From Catajapyx aquilonaris (Eukaryota): a stretch of DNA of 64,000 nt. Under the pieces are notes generated by a model, which did no database searches, was not told where the DNA came from, and saw nothing but the letters and a program-made list of their open reading frames with translations. This document shows positions 52,289-63,085 of the stretch, in pieces. The position numbers and the translations under genes are program-made. How positions within the stretch are numbered: the stretch's first letter is position 1; each line of letters starts with the position of its first letter. The stretch is taken from assembly GCA_000934665.2 (NCBI GenBank), contig KZ538024.1:62001-126000 (forward strand), written 5' to 3'.

Positions 52289-52618
52289 TAGGGTGTCTCA
52301 TCTTTTTTGTCCGAACAGTTATCGGAAAATTTCGCATAGCTGCTACTTTTTAAGCAGTGACTTGCAACCGGTGATTTGTCGGAGGAATGGGGAATGGGGT
52401 AAAAGAGGGTCACACATCCCATGGCATGTGTGACCCTCTTTTTTCCAGGCTTGACCCTCAATTTTCAGCGGGCAGCACGTATACCACTTCAACCTATGAT
52501 TCACTGGGAATATTACCAGTTCCTCCGAAAAATCACCGTTTGCAAGTCACTGCTTAAAAAGTAGCAGCTACGCGCAATTTTCCGATAACTGTTCGGACAA
52601 AAAAGATGAGACACCCTG
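52289..52618. mobile_element. Tc1/mariner-type MITE, 330 bp, same family as 26853-27068
   Basis: TA-TAGGGTGTCTCATCTTTTTTGTCCGAACAG ... CTGTTCGGACAAAAAAGATGAGACACCCTG-TA. Imperfect TIRs of about 100 bp and an internal 42-bp palindrome at 52401-52442. Confidence 0.88.
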
Positions 52619-52964
52619 TATACTGTACATGTTGTATAGGTATAATTACGTCAAAATTTGGCAGAATAATGACGTCAGTTTAAAGTTGTGCTTGAAAATT
52701 AAGTTTGGGACTTATGTAGTACACACAGGCCGACAAAAACGCCACAGTAAATGTAGAACTGTTTTTCCTATACCTGCTCCTAGATTTTAAAATAATAGAT
52801 CACCCTCAAAATTATATTTTGTCTATCGAGCATACATTAAAGTAGGCCTACAATTTAGGAAAAGAAGTCCAATACATGTACTGTATTTTCTTTTGCTTCA
52901 GAGCTGAGACTAGTTTTTTTTGCCGTTAAATCTCGCGCGCAAATTTGAATTTGCCGACTCGAAC

Positions 52965-53021
52965 GCTTTCGGTTAACCGAGGTTTCGGTTGATCGGTGTT
53001 CGGATAATCGAGGCTCCACTG
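52965..53021. mobile_element. pogo/Tigger-like TIR fragment
   Basis: ttcggataatcgaggctccactg-TA resembles pogo/Tigger ends, with subterminal ttcggtt repeats. No partner end was found. Confidence 0.5.
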
Positions 53022-53405
53022 TACTCGCAGGTTGGGAAGATGTGGATGTTTTGTAGCCTACACGTTATCTATCCCGCTAATAAGCTTCTAATTAATTCCT
53101 AAAATTACATACAAAGTTAAGGCGTTATGTGTCATCAATTCAAATTAACCCTAACCGAATATTATACACCGACGTCTAACCAATAATGTGATGTTAATTA
53201 TTCCATAGCTATACCTAAGAGCAAAGTTAGTACAGGCTATTGCTGTCTCTCTGGCATTTCATTTCGGTGTAACACCTACGACGTAAACTACCCCCGTTGC
53301 GTTGCTTTGAAAATATTTTGTTTAATTGGGTTTTCTGGTATTGTTACAGGACACTAGTATTGTCCTAGGAAATAATATATTTCTTATTTGAGCTGTTGAG
53401 ATTTA

Positions 53406-53422
53406 NNNNNNNNNNNNNNNNN
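53406..53422. other. Assembly gap (17 N) next to a poly-C tract
   Basis: N run in the sequence. Confidence 0.99.
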
Positions 53423-55921
53423 CCCCCCCCCCCCCCACGCACACACAACACCTGAGGACATATAGTATTGTGTGACTGTGTGTATAATGTTCTGTAATTG
53501 GAAATATACCACTCTAATTCCGTTATAACAGTATAGTATAGGGAAATGTCGCAGACGACCTAGGGAAGATCAACCCTATAAGTAGTGGTGGTCAACCCGT
53601 AGTCGATTCATTATTAGGAAAGAGTCGAGTTATTATTGAAGTGTACCTTAGACCCTTCTGGTTCTCAGGTACACGCCCCAATACCCTCTAAACAACCAAT
53701 CAATCCAACAGCAATGTTGCTGCAGTAATGTTGCTACAGTAATGTTGCTTAACTTTTTTTTTTGCCCGTACTAGTAAAATAACAGGTGCGGCATGTTGTT
53801 TCAGCCAGTCCATCAGATAATAATGCCAGGTGAATGATAGATCGTATAAATATCCTATCAATAATAAGAGTTTTGACCGTCCGGATTTTAAAATTGCAAA
53901 ATTTGTTCATATTTCAAATGGCCACAGAAAACGGTTGCAAGGTCCAGGATTGATTTGTTTAATATTGAGAGCAATGACAGATGATGGCCCATTTTTATAG
54001 TCGCATATTGTTCAATAAAACAGCCACTTAATGAAATTGATGTGTGCACATTCATGATTCCCCATTGCAATGCCCCATTTGAAAAAAAAAATGTCCAGTG
54101 CAATCAGGTGCATGCATGCATAATATTACATTAATATCAGTTTTAGTACGCAATATGTGACTAAAAATTGGAATCACCTTCCATGGCTATAAAAATTAAA
54201 ATTAAAACTTTGCACGTTCCAGTTATCTATTGCAGCTTTAGTTGAAAATGTGCAAAATCGCAACTTTCAAACCTGAAAGTTGTCTAACTACGGTACCGTA
54301 CCAGCTTGCAATACCGCATTTAACATTTCATTTGGTAGCACCACCAACTTTCTGTGAACATGAACACTGTGAGCCACAAACCAACCTATTTTCTCCCAGC
54401 AAAATAGACTGCTAAAATGACCGCAATTGAAACGACCTAACACGAGCATATATCTCATGAAACATCCTTTGAAATAGATAGAAGACCGAAGAGGGACCAC
54501 CATCACATCCAGACACCCCCACGGTCCATTCTGGCCGCCGCTAAAGTGCAGGCAAAATGGCCTGAGCAGAACCAGGTCAATAACGATAAGGGTGTGAAAT
54601 ACCCTCTCCGGTTGACCTGGCCAATCCCACCTTCATTCATGCCATCAATTTCCCAGTAAGCTTCCTGCAAGCCAGACAGCTGCATGCGAAGCTTAAAGGT
54701 TTCACATAAATTCCGCACTCGGCTGGGCGCAATTTCATACTTTCTAATGCACCGAATATGGGTGCTATTTATTACGCCGGTCACGGATTACGGCTCTAGC
54801 AAGTGGGTAATTACCAAAGCGCAAAAACTTGGGCTCTGCTTGTACAAAAGTCGGATTTTTTTGATATAAAAAAAGGTGGAGCCTAAAAAACCATGTACGC
54901 AATCGTAAGGACAAATTAAAAGTTTGGCCTTTTCCTTAGTTGCAACTCGTAATGAGACACTTAGTTAAAAAATACTACTTTGCCGAAACAATTCTGGCTT
55001 CCCTTAACTCCTCATTCGTGTCTGTTAGAGGGGGGTATCTGAAACTATAAAATTCTGCTAAGAAAATTCGGCTCTTGCACTTACTCTCAGTAGGATAATC
55101 CAGCACATTTTTTCACTTGCACTTGAGATTGCCTCTCATTTATTGAGAAGTGATTCCTACCCGCTGCTTTTAAATCATGGGAGGTGAATCTCACTCCGAT
55201 GCAATTTCACGCCTTGGCTGATCCGATTTCCTGTGGGGGGGTCGACAGCAGCAGCATCGCGCCTTGTCTACAGACATTGTCTATAGGAGATAGTTTCTGC
55301 AATTTGGAGCAATCCCCCATCATCCCCTGGAAGATAATTGCGGAGTAGGGCTTGAAAGCCACGGCTTCTCTTTGTCTTGGTTTCCCGCCACGCCGGATGC
55401 TTTGCTGCCAAATCGGGCAAGATAGGCCGACCAGCCCGCCTGCTATTTCCCATAGTCGACGTGTAAGACTAATTGATGCTGTTTACCTTCTTCCTAGCAT
55501 GCTCTACAGCCTCGGGGAAATTCGGTGCCGCAAGGACGTTTACTAATAGGCCGCAGTGCGAGCAAGCCTAGTTACAAGCCACGCCCCAATGTCATCGCGT
55601 GCTTTGCTATATACTTTCCGGCCTTATTTGGACCCGGAATTAGCGAGTTTGCCAGCCATTCTCATCGTGGATGTTATGGTACAAGTGTGGATTTACTCAC
55701 GTGGAAAGTGGGTGCAGTTGCGTGATGTCCGAATTGATTTAGGTGTATGCACTACACTTCAGAGGAAAGTAGGGAGCACGTGTATAGTACACCACACAAA
55801 TCCAGACTTGAAGTTGAACTGATAAAAGTGGTGGAGAAATGTGGGCCTGTTTGACTCAATTGGACCATTTTTATATGAAAGATAGGAAATTGCTAACCAA
55901 ATAAATTTGGATTTATTCCAG

Positions 55922-56213
55922 TACGAGTTATACGACAGCGGCGTACAGCACACCGTCGAACGTGTTCATCCGTCTGGACACGCCCTCACACCCTTTCCCA
56001 GCCGGCAGTTTGGGAAGCGCCAGCTATGCCACCATAGCCAGCTTCCAAAAAGTGCCTGTTGCAGTGCAGCCTACCCCTCCCCCACCTTCCTCTTCCAGGT
56101 ATTCCCCATCTCCTTATGCTAGCACTCAGCTGGTCTCACATCTTTATTCGCAACCGTATTCACCCTCCAGGGTGTCCTATTACGCCTCATCGCAGGTGTC
56201 TCACTTCTCACAG
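55922..56213 (+). CDS. Drl-2: Drl-2/RYK exon: Tyr/Ser/Pro-rich juxtamembrane region (TSYTTAAYSTPSNVFIRLD...SRVSYYASSQVSHFSQ)
   Basis: Branch-like gctaac at 55892, ttccag acceptor, gtgggt donor at 56214. Phase 2 to 0 fits both neighbours. Confidence 0.88.
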
Positions 56214-56825
56214 GTGGGTTGTTGCATTGGAATTCCTTAGGCACACTCGCGACATTTATCAACTGATAGTTAGTGTGTACGTGCATGATGGGAAAGTGAA
56301 TGGTACTTACCACAACCTATGACATTGATCCTAATAACTCGATCATCAGCTGTAATTATATCGCGGTATCAGCAAGTTATTCTGGATCGAGCAGAGTGTA
56401 ACAGTATTGTGTGGAATAAAATATGATTGTGGATGGAAATAACCGATAAAAAAATTCGTGGGTTAAAAATATTGTGGTCAAAACTGCTGTGCTTAATTTA
56501 ATGTGACACTGAATTTATTACCTGATATGAAAACTTGTTTTCCTGTCCTGCATTATTGTTTAGTGCCAGTTACAGCACATGCATTTAACATTATTTACAG
56601 TCATATTGATTATGGCATGCAACAATTTCGGTATCTGACTAAAACAATAATATTTATACAGTAGATACAGTACTCTATACCCTTTGAAAATAGAGTGCAT
56701 AATACTTGAACGCTATTTAAATTTTGTAACTTGCGAGTGCCAGTGTAGTTGTTGTTGTCATTGAGCATGAATGTGACATGCAAGTACTGTACATCGCAAT
56801 GTCTCAGTGCACCTCCATGTGAAAT

Positions 56826-57176
56826 AAATTTAGTGGTTAGCAATTTTTGGCACTAAGCTACTTAGGAGTAGTTACTTTTAGTGGTCATCAAAGTATTGGC
56901 TACAAATATTAGGCCGAATTGAATCATCTGTCCAAGGTCGGAATTAAAATGAATTTTAGAACAAATAGCATCGAACTTCAATAGTAAGTTAGAATGCATG
57001 TTTTGCAGGCCAGACCCCTTGAAAGCTTTAAAAAGGATGGATGACGAAGCCAAAAACCTAACTTATACTTTTGCTAACCACTAAATGTAACTACTACGAA
57101 GTAACTGTTGAAAATTAGCAGATGAGTGGCAAAAAAATTGATAACCACTAATTTCGTGCCATTTGGAACACCCTGT
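56826..57176. mobile_element. Degenerate Tc1/mariner-type MITE
   Basis: Right end CACCCTG-TA. Two nested imperfect inverted blocks: ttagtggttagcaattttt / aaaaattgataaccactaa, and agtagttacttttagtgg / ccactaaatgtaactact. The left terminus is eroded. Confidence 0.55.
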
Positions 57177-57625
57177 ATATAAACCTTCTTCAGAAACTGG
57201 GATAGTGTGCACAGGTACCACCACTTCCCAAATAATTTAACATTACGCATAAAATCCTAGACTTTCACTGCAATAAGAAAATCAATGCACTGTGTCCTCT
57301 TTTCCACCTCTTGACATTTATCGTGCAATATAAAAGTGAACGCTAACCATCACTTCAGAAGAGACGACCTCAGAACCCTGAGAAAATCATTTACAAGTTT
57401 GGGTCCTCCAGAAGGAGAGCCTTTGAAGGAGCCCTTTCTATGAGCTCAAGTATCTACTCTGAAAGGATCAAAAACGTCATGAAACTCTCCTTATCCCCAA
57501 GCCTTTTCCACCACCACCCCCCTTACCCCCCCTTTTTTGCAGTATACCCTGGAAGGGTATATGAACTTCGCGCTGAGAATATTTCTCTACGAATTCATAC
57601 ATGTAATACCACATTTGATCCACAG

Positions 57626-57809
57626 GTGACTCTGTATGATCCTCGCCAAGTGGACCCTACAGAGAAACTCTGCCATCTTACGGTCCCGAAGAGCAAGGTG
57701 TTTCCTATTTCCCTGCTCTACAGCGGTACTTTTGGTCGTATTTATCGTGGGGTGTATCAAAATGAGGATAAAGATAGGGAAGAGGAGGTTTTAGTCAAGA
57801 CTGTCTCAG
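57626..57809 (+). CDS. Drl-2: Drl-2/RYK exon: kinase subdomains I-II (LYSGTFGRIYRG...VLVKTVS)
   Basis: ccacag acceptor, gtattg donor at 57810. RYK-type degenerate Gly loop and the beta3 lysine. Phase 0 to 1. Confidence 0.93.
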
Positions 57810-57879
57810 GTATTGTGTCAACAGCCACATTGTATGCACAGCTTAATTGCAATAATTTTATTCACCCAAATTTTTACAG

Positions 57880-58039
57880 ATGAAGCTTCTCAGGTGCAAA
57901 TATCATTATTGCTATCAGAAGGCAGTATGATGTATGGAATGAACCATAAGAACATCTTGCCTATTTTGGCAGCTTCATTCGATAACCAGAGGAAGCCATT
58001 TCTAATCTACCCATACATAAACAAGGGAAACCTTAAAAG
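57880..58039 (+). CDS. Drl-2: Drl-2/RYK exon: kinase subdomains III-V (DEASQVQISLLLSEG...NKGNLKR)
   Basis: ttacag acceptor after a 70-nt intron, gtaaaa donor at 58040. Phase 1 to 2. Confidence 0.94.
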
Positions 58040-58345
58040 GTAAAAAAAAAAGTGTCAACAGCAAACTTGTGTAGAATTCAGTCATCTTGGTTTTCTCTCT
58101 GTCAATATTTAAAATTCTGATGAAGCAGACGGATTTACTTTCCGGTTTATGGAGTATAATAGTTTTCTAGGTTCAATATTTTTACAATTTTTTGTTAATC
58201 CAGTGAGACCATTTGTGTTCTAAACGCTTATACTGGAGTAGCATTATATTTCTTTTGCATATCGCTTCGATTATTTTGATTAATTCTACAGGCTACGTTT
58301 AAATATTAACATTTAGTCACGAAGCCTTTTCTCGGGGGGGGGGGG

Positions 58346-58373
58346 NNNNNNNNNNNNNNNNNNNNNNNNNNNN
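58346..58373. other. Assembly gap (28 N) inside a poly-G tract
   Basis: N run in the sequence. Confidence 0.99.
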
Positions 58374-58384
58374 GGGGGGGGGGG

Positions 58385-58441
58385 AGGTTACTTGACTATC
58401 ATGAAAGGGGGTCATGACCCGAAAAAGGTTGGGAACCACTG
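58385..58441. mobile_element. hAT (Charlie-like) element end fragment
   Basis: aaaaaggttgggaaccactg followed by ttttaaag resembles hAT-Charlie 3' ends. The other end is not visible and the site is next to an assembly gap. Confidence 0.5.
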
Positions 58442-58589
58442 TTTTAAAGGAACACGTCCAGTTAATTTTGAAAACAAACAAACAGGGGAAACCATTTACG
58501 TAATGTTGTTTCGGAAGCTTTCTCATACATACAGAGCTATATCAATAGTCTGCGGCTCATATTACTATCACTGTCTGTTTTGGGAGCAG

Positions 58590-58739
58590 GTTCTTACAAG
58601 AGTGCCGCCCTGATGGAGAGGAACAATACACTCTCCTGACCCAAGACTTGGTGGATATGGCTGTGCAAGTGGCTCTGGGAATGCTTTTCTTGCACAAACA
58701 GCGTATGTGCCACAAGGACTTGGCGACTAGAAATTGCTT
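58590..58739 (+). CDS. Drl-2: Drl-2/RYK exon: kinase subdomains VIa-VIb (FLQECR...HKDLATRNCL)
   Basis: gagcag acceptor, gtaagt donor at 58740. HKDLATRNC catalytic loop. Phase 2 to 2. Confidence 0.94.
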
Positions 58740-58803
58740 GTAAGTGACGCAAAAAAAGGGGGCTTCTTTCAGTAAGTCTCATGCCTTGCCTTGGGTTTTA
58801 CAG

Positions 58804-58963
58804 AGTTGATGAGAAGCTGCGAGTAAAGATCACGGACAACGCCTTGGCCAGAGACGTTTTCCCCAACGACTATCATTGCTTGGGAGACAACGAGAATCGG
58901 CCCATTAAGTGGATGGCCCTGGAGAGCTTGGTCTACAATCAGTTCTCTGGAACGTCCGATGTG
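58804..58963 (+). CDS. Drl-2: Drl-2/RYK exon: kinase subdomains VII-IX (KITDNALARDVFPNDYHCLGDNENRPIKWMALES...SDV)
   Basis: ttacag acceptor after a 64-nt intron, gtgaga donor at 58964. DNA replaces DFG; DYHCLGDNENRP is RYK-diagnostic. Phase 2 to 0. Confidence 0.96.
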
Positions 58964-61423
58964 GTGAGAGGTTTTAGTGCTGTTCTTGCACTTTTCCAAC
59001 TCCAACTCCTGCGAAACTTTTGTTCAGAAAGTGGGGCATTTTCAGCGCAAAGTCATTTTGAAGGTCGCATAGAAAGACCTTGCTTCAGAAATGTAATTTA
59101 CATTGTGTATGGTTGTATCATTATAGATATGAAGGTTTGAAATTCAGAATGATCATAATCACAGTTTTAGTACGAGCTATGTATTAACAGAAGCATATGT
59201 TTAAACTACTTTTTTTCACTATAGCAATTTAACGAACCTGGTTATGTGTACCTTTCTCATGGGGGCTGCAGATTATTTCGCACATTTTGCGAATTTTGTT
59301 TTTAAATTGTTAGAGCGTTAAAGTGGTTTAACAGAAATGTTAAATCCCATAAGCTCCATGCTTAAGCGACAACTTCTAAGCCACCTGGTGAACTAGTTTG
59401 CCTAGTGAGAGTCACTTTTTTGAGCCATTGGAAGAGGTCATTTCATTGTACAAATCCTGTATTGTGAGTTTATACTATAAAAATACCGTACATCTCCATC
59501 TGCAACATGTTGAGATACAGAACTTCACTGCTGCTTTACTATAGGTAATATCCAAATAAACAATAAAGAACTACTCATGTCCTTTGCCGTAGAGAATGTA
59601 TAATTACCCTCCCTTGTATAATAAATATTGACTTGAAAATAAAGAAAGTAGTCTATACAGGGGAAAAGAAAATATTTCATCTTTGTATGCATTGCTGGGG
59701 CGTTTATACAGTGTAAACTATATTTAGTAGGCTACTTCGAATTTAACTTACTAAAATACAGCAGAGAATTTGTTTGTGAAGACCTTAAAAGTTATTTAAG
59801 TTTTGCTTATCTGTTACAGGCCGGCTAACGGACTTGCTACATAACCTCTCAATCCGGCATCAACTCCATACTATACGCGTCAAAAGTACAGGCGAACAAG
59901 ACCAGTCGTCTGGAGAGTAAACTATCAAAGATATCAAAAAACAACTAGAAATATAAAATATCAAGAACAAACGTCCATGAATAGTAAATAATGACATTTT
60001 CCACCCATTTTGATCTAGTGAAAACCATACAGAATACGCTCGTATTTGCACTTGCTGTAAGATGAAGTTTACCTTTCCTGTTTCTAGACTTGCAAATCAG
60101 CATTAAGTGATAAATATTTGCTAATAGTATGTAAAATTATATGTATTGAGATTCACCTTAATTATTTCCCCACCTCTGGAAGGTCAGATGCCATGTATGA
60201 ATCAGGAGTCCTGAGCTATCCTTAAATAACATTTAGAGAGTAAAAGGTTAAAAATATTTAAAAAGAACTAGTAATATAAAATGTCTAAAATACATGCTTA
60301 CGTGTAAGGAAGTAATCGTGAGAGAATTCTGGAAGACAATGACTATAATTTTATCTAATATAGAAAAAAGTTTAGCGTCATGCTAATATCACAGACTTCC
60401 ACGTGTTACTGCGATTTTTGAACACTTCATAGCGCATGTTTTCCATATTAATGTTCTTTTGTGTGTAAGGATGAGAGGGGATGTCAACATGGTGATTGAT
60501 ATGCCAATAAAAGTTTTGAAAGAGAAAGAGGGAGTGAAAAAAGAAAGGTCCAATATTATGATCGAGCCTGAGTACTTTCTATTCATGGGCACCAGAGTTG
60601 ATGAACTTCGTCTTGTCTATATGTACTGGAACTGTTACTCCTATAGTTGTTTGACGATATATTTGATAATATATTGGCTATGTAACTTCTTACATTGACG
60701 AGCAATACGGTTTAGTGTCGCGTTGTTACGTATATTCGTACATCTGTAACTTGTAATTACAATTACGAACTAAATCCATACTTTATTATAATTAATATAT
60801 GCTTACATCTTATTGAATGAAACTATTTTTATGAATAGCGGTCCCGCAGTTACAGATAATGCAACATATTTACGACACTGCCAATATATTTTTACTATTA
60901 CATAGCAGAGAAATTCTTTTGTGTAACCTTGATGATCTAGAAAATTTTAATTCGACAAAACGAAATATTTCCGACATTTTATGTCTCTAGTTTCTAATCG
61001 ATATATTTGACAGTTACATCATACTCCATGAAACTACTGAGACTGACGCCGCCATTTTCGGGTTTCAGCAATAATGTTCAACTTATCATGTAAATCTAAT
61101 AATTACCTCATTTATGAGATAAGTCAGAGGCCTAAACGCTATTATTATTATCTATTCTGTTCCCGCTCCCATCCCCATTGGTGCCAAAATACATGTCACA
61201 GGGCGAAATAAGAGTCAAGGGGAAAGTGTTACACGATATTTTGAACACCTGTGTACACTATATGAGTAGCCCACTGCTTATATTACTTTTGGGCCTACTG
61301 TCCAAACCAAAGCGAACCAAATCTCCTCGACCTTCCCTCCTCATCCACACACAAAGACATACAAGAACCACAAACTCCAAACATGCCCACGCTAATATTT
61401 GCACATTTTTCCTCTTCATATAG

Positions 61424-61560
61424 TGGGCGTTTGGCGTTCTCTTGTGGGAACTGACAACTTTAGCGCAACAGCCGTATGTAGAGGTGGATCCTTTCGAAAT
61501 GGCAGCGTATCTCCGAGATGGATATCGACTTGCCCAACCTGTCAACTGCCCTGACGAGCT
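61424..61560 (+). CDS. Drl-2: Drl-2/RYK exon: kinase subdomains IX-X (WAFGVLLWELTTLAQQPYVEVDPFEMAAYLRDGYRLAQPVNCPDEL)
   Basis: atatag acceptor, gtaagt donor at 61561. DPFEMAAYL-DGYR-AQP-NCPDEL is a RYK signature. Phase 0 to 2. Confidence 0.96.
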
Positions 61561-61624
61561 GTAAGTTGATCGGCTGCCTCGAGTGCCACTTGGATATCTC
61601 TTCAATCGTCAATTCCAATTTCAG

Positions 61625-61736
61625 ATTTTCTGTGATGGCCTGCTGCTGGCTGTCCAATCCAGACGAGAGACCAAATTTTGTACAACTTCTGGCCTACCTT
61701 CAAGATTTCTACACGGCACTAGGAAGATATATATAA
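61625..61736 (+). CDS. Drl-2: Drl-2/RYK last coding exon (FSVMACCWLSNPDERPNFVQLLAYLQDFYTALGRYI*)
   Basis: tttcag acceptor after a 64-nt intron, TAA at 61734-61736. C-terminal hydrophobic PDZ-binding motif, as in RYK family members. Confidence 0.95.
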
Positions 61737-63068
61737 CTGCCTTGGTATACTACTGAGGGGCCACGGAATATATGAGGGGGATGAGGAAGGTGTTTATGAA
61801 TTTGTTTTTCGTATGATGATAAAATAGCATTTGCATCTAGGGTGTGCAAAGAAGGACCGACGACACAATCCTATTACAACAACATTGGCCCTAAGGCAGG
61901 GCCGCAGCAAGGACTTCATTTTAGGATTTGAGATCAACCCCTATACCCCATTCCCGCTGTAACAAAGTCAGAGATGAGGTCGTCCTTCCCGAGGGAAGTT
62001 ACGGAAAATTCACAATGTAAATATAAAATTTGGACCAAGTTTGAATAACCTCTTGCGGTGTGTGTGAAGGGGTAAACCTCAAACTTTCTCACTCCTAGTA
62101 GTGGCCCTGCCCTCTGTTTGCTCGTAAAGGCAACTGAGGAATTACATGCCCAAGTGCAATTTTTACTCAATGCTGTTGATTAAGAAATTCTTAGAACGTG
62201 GCCACTACGTGTTTAATGGTTGGCAGTTTTTTTTTTTTTTTGAGAAGGCCTGTGTCTCCCTTGTCGTTACCCGTAATAAAAAAATTCATTATGACATTAC
62301 TTTTGTCACATCGTGATGAACTGTAATTGAAATTAATGTATATGTAGATAAACCCGAATTCGCGCCAACCGGGCACGTCTGCTGACAAAATCGTCAGCCA
62401 GTAGGAGCGCCTCTATCCCTTTTCCGCCGATTCGCAAAGCATGGCGGGAATAGGAGGATGCGCACTACAGATGAAAACGTGGTCGGCTAGGCGCATAACG
62501 GGCCATATTGTACACATACTATATAAGTTAAATATTTATTTATATATTTAAAAGTGGCGTTGAGTTGTCTTATTGTGTGTAGCAGTATACATAACATTTA
62601 TATATATAGTTATTCAACATTTTTATAACTGTCAGTGGTGAATTACCAAGGTTTGCCAGCTGGTAATAGTACTCTATTGGGCTTTCTCTATGAAATATGG
62701 CCAAAGGAAGTGAAAATTTTCGGTGAGTTATGATTTTGGACAGAGTTCATTGTTATCTTTCCGAAATGGACGAAGCAAGAAATTGATACCTGTGTTTTGT
62801 TGCAAACAGTACCCTTGAAAAATATAAGGGAGTTAAACTGTTCATTTTACACATTGACACAGACTGTTGAAAAAGTGTCTAATTCAATCATTATTTGGAT
62901 ATTGGAGAGATGATGGACCCCAATATATACCGAACAGTACATCTGTGCCCTTTTTACAAACTTCAGTGCAAAAAGTACAAAAAAAATAATTAAACGTTAG
63001 GTATCAGATAACTATGCTTGTATCGCAAAGTTTTATGTCCACTACAACTTCAGCTAAAGTTTATTAAA
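61737..63068 (+). promoter_or_regulatory. Probable 3' UTR with candidate poly(A) signals
   Basis: AATAAA at 62275-62280. ATTAAA at 63063-63068 is followed by GT/T-rich sequence. The true end cannot be determined without transcript data. Confidence 0.4.
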
Positions 63069-63085
63069 AGTGTTTCCTTGGTTCA

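Larger units (their letters stand above)
3654..61736 (+). other. Drl-2: RYK/Derailed-family receptor tyrosine (pseudo)kinase gene, Drl-2-like; 5'-partial, 11 coding exons
   Basis: Exons 3654-3781, 37407-37516, 44614-44744, 51203-51377, 55922-56213, 57626-57809, 57880-58039, 58590-58739, 58804-58963, 61424-61560 and 61625-61736 splice at GT-AG sites with matching phases into one ORF (1739 nt plus 1 nt from the missing exon). WIF+TM+kinase architecture is diagnostic of RYK. RRNK in place of a tetrabasic site and a C-terminal YI resemble Drl-2 as recalled; the orthology needs a tree. Confidence 0.93.

Noticed and set aside
55510..55725. Exon-like GC-rich block after ctctacag between the TM and juxtamembrane exons
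   Set aside because: In the required phase 2 it stops after 12 codons (HLGEIRCRKDVY*). There is no RYK similarity. A truncated isoform cannot be supported without RNA data.
58765..58778. Second GTAAGT overlapping a CAG inside the 64-nt intron
   Set aside because: Its use would introduce an in-frame TAA and leave a roughly 32-nt intron, which is too short.
62154..62160. GTGCAAT miR-92/25-family seed match in the 3' UTR
   Set aside because: A single 7-mer is not significant without conservation data.
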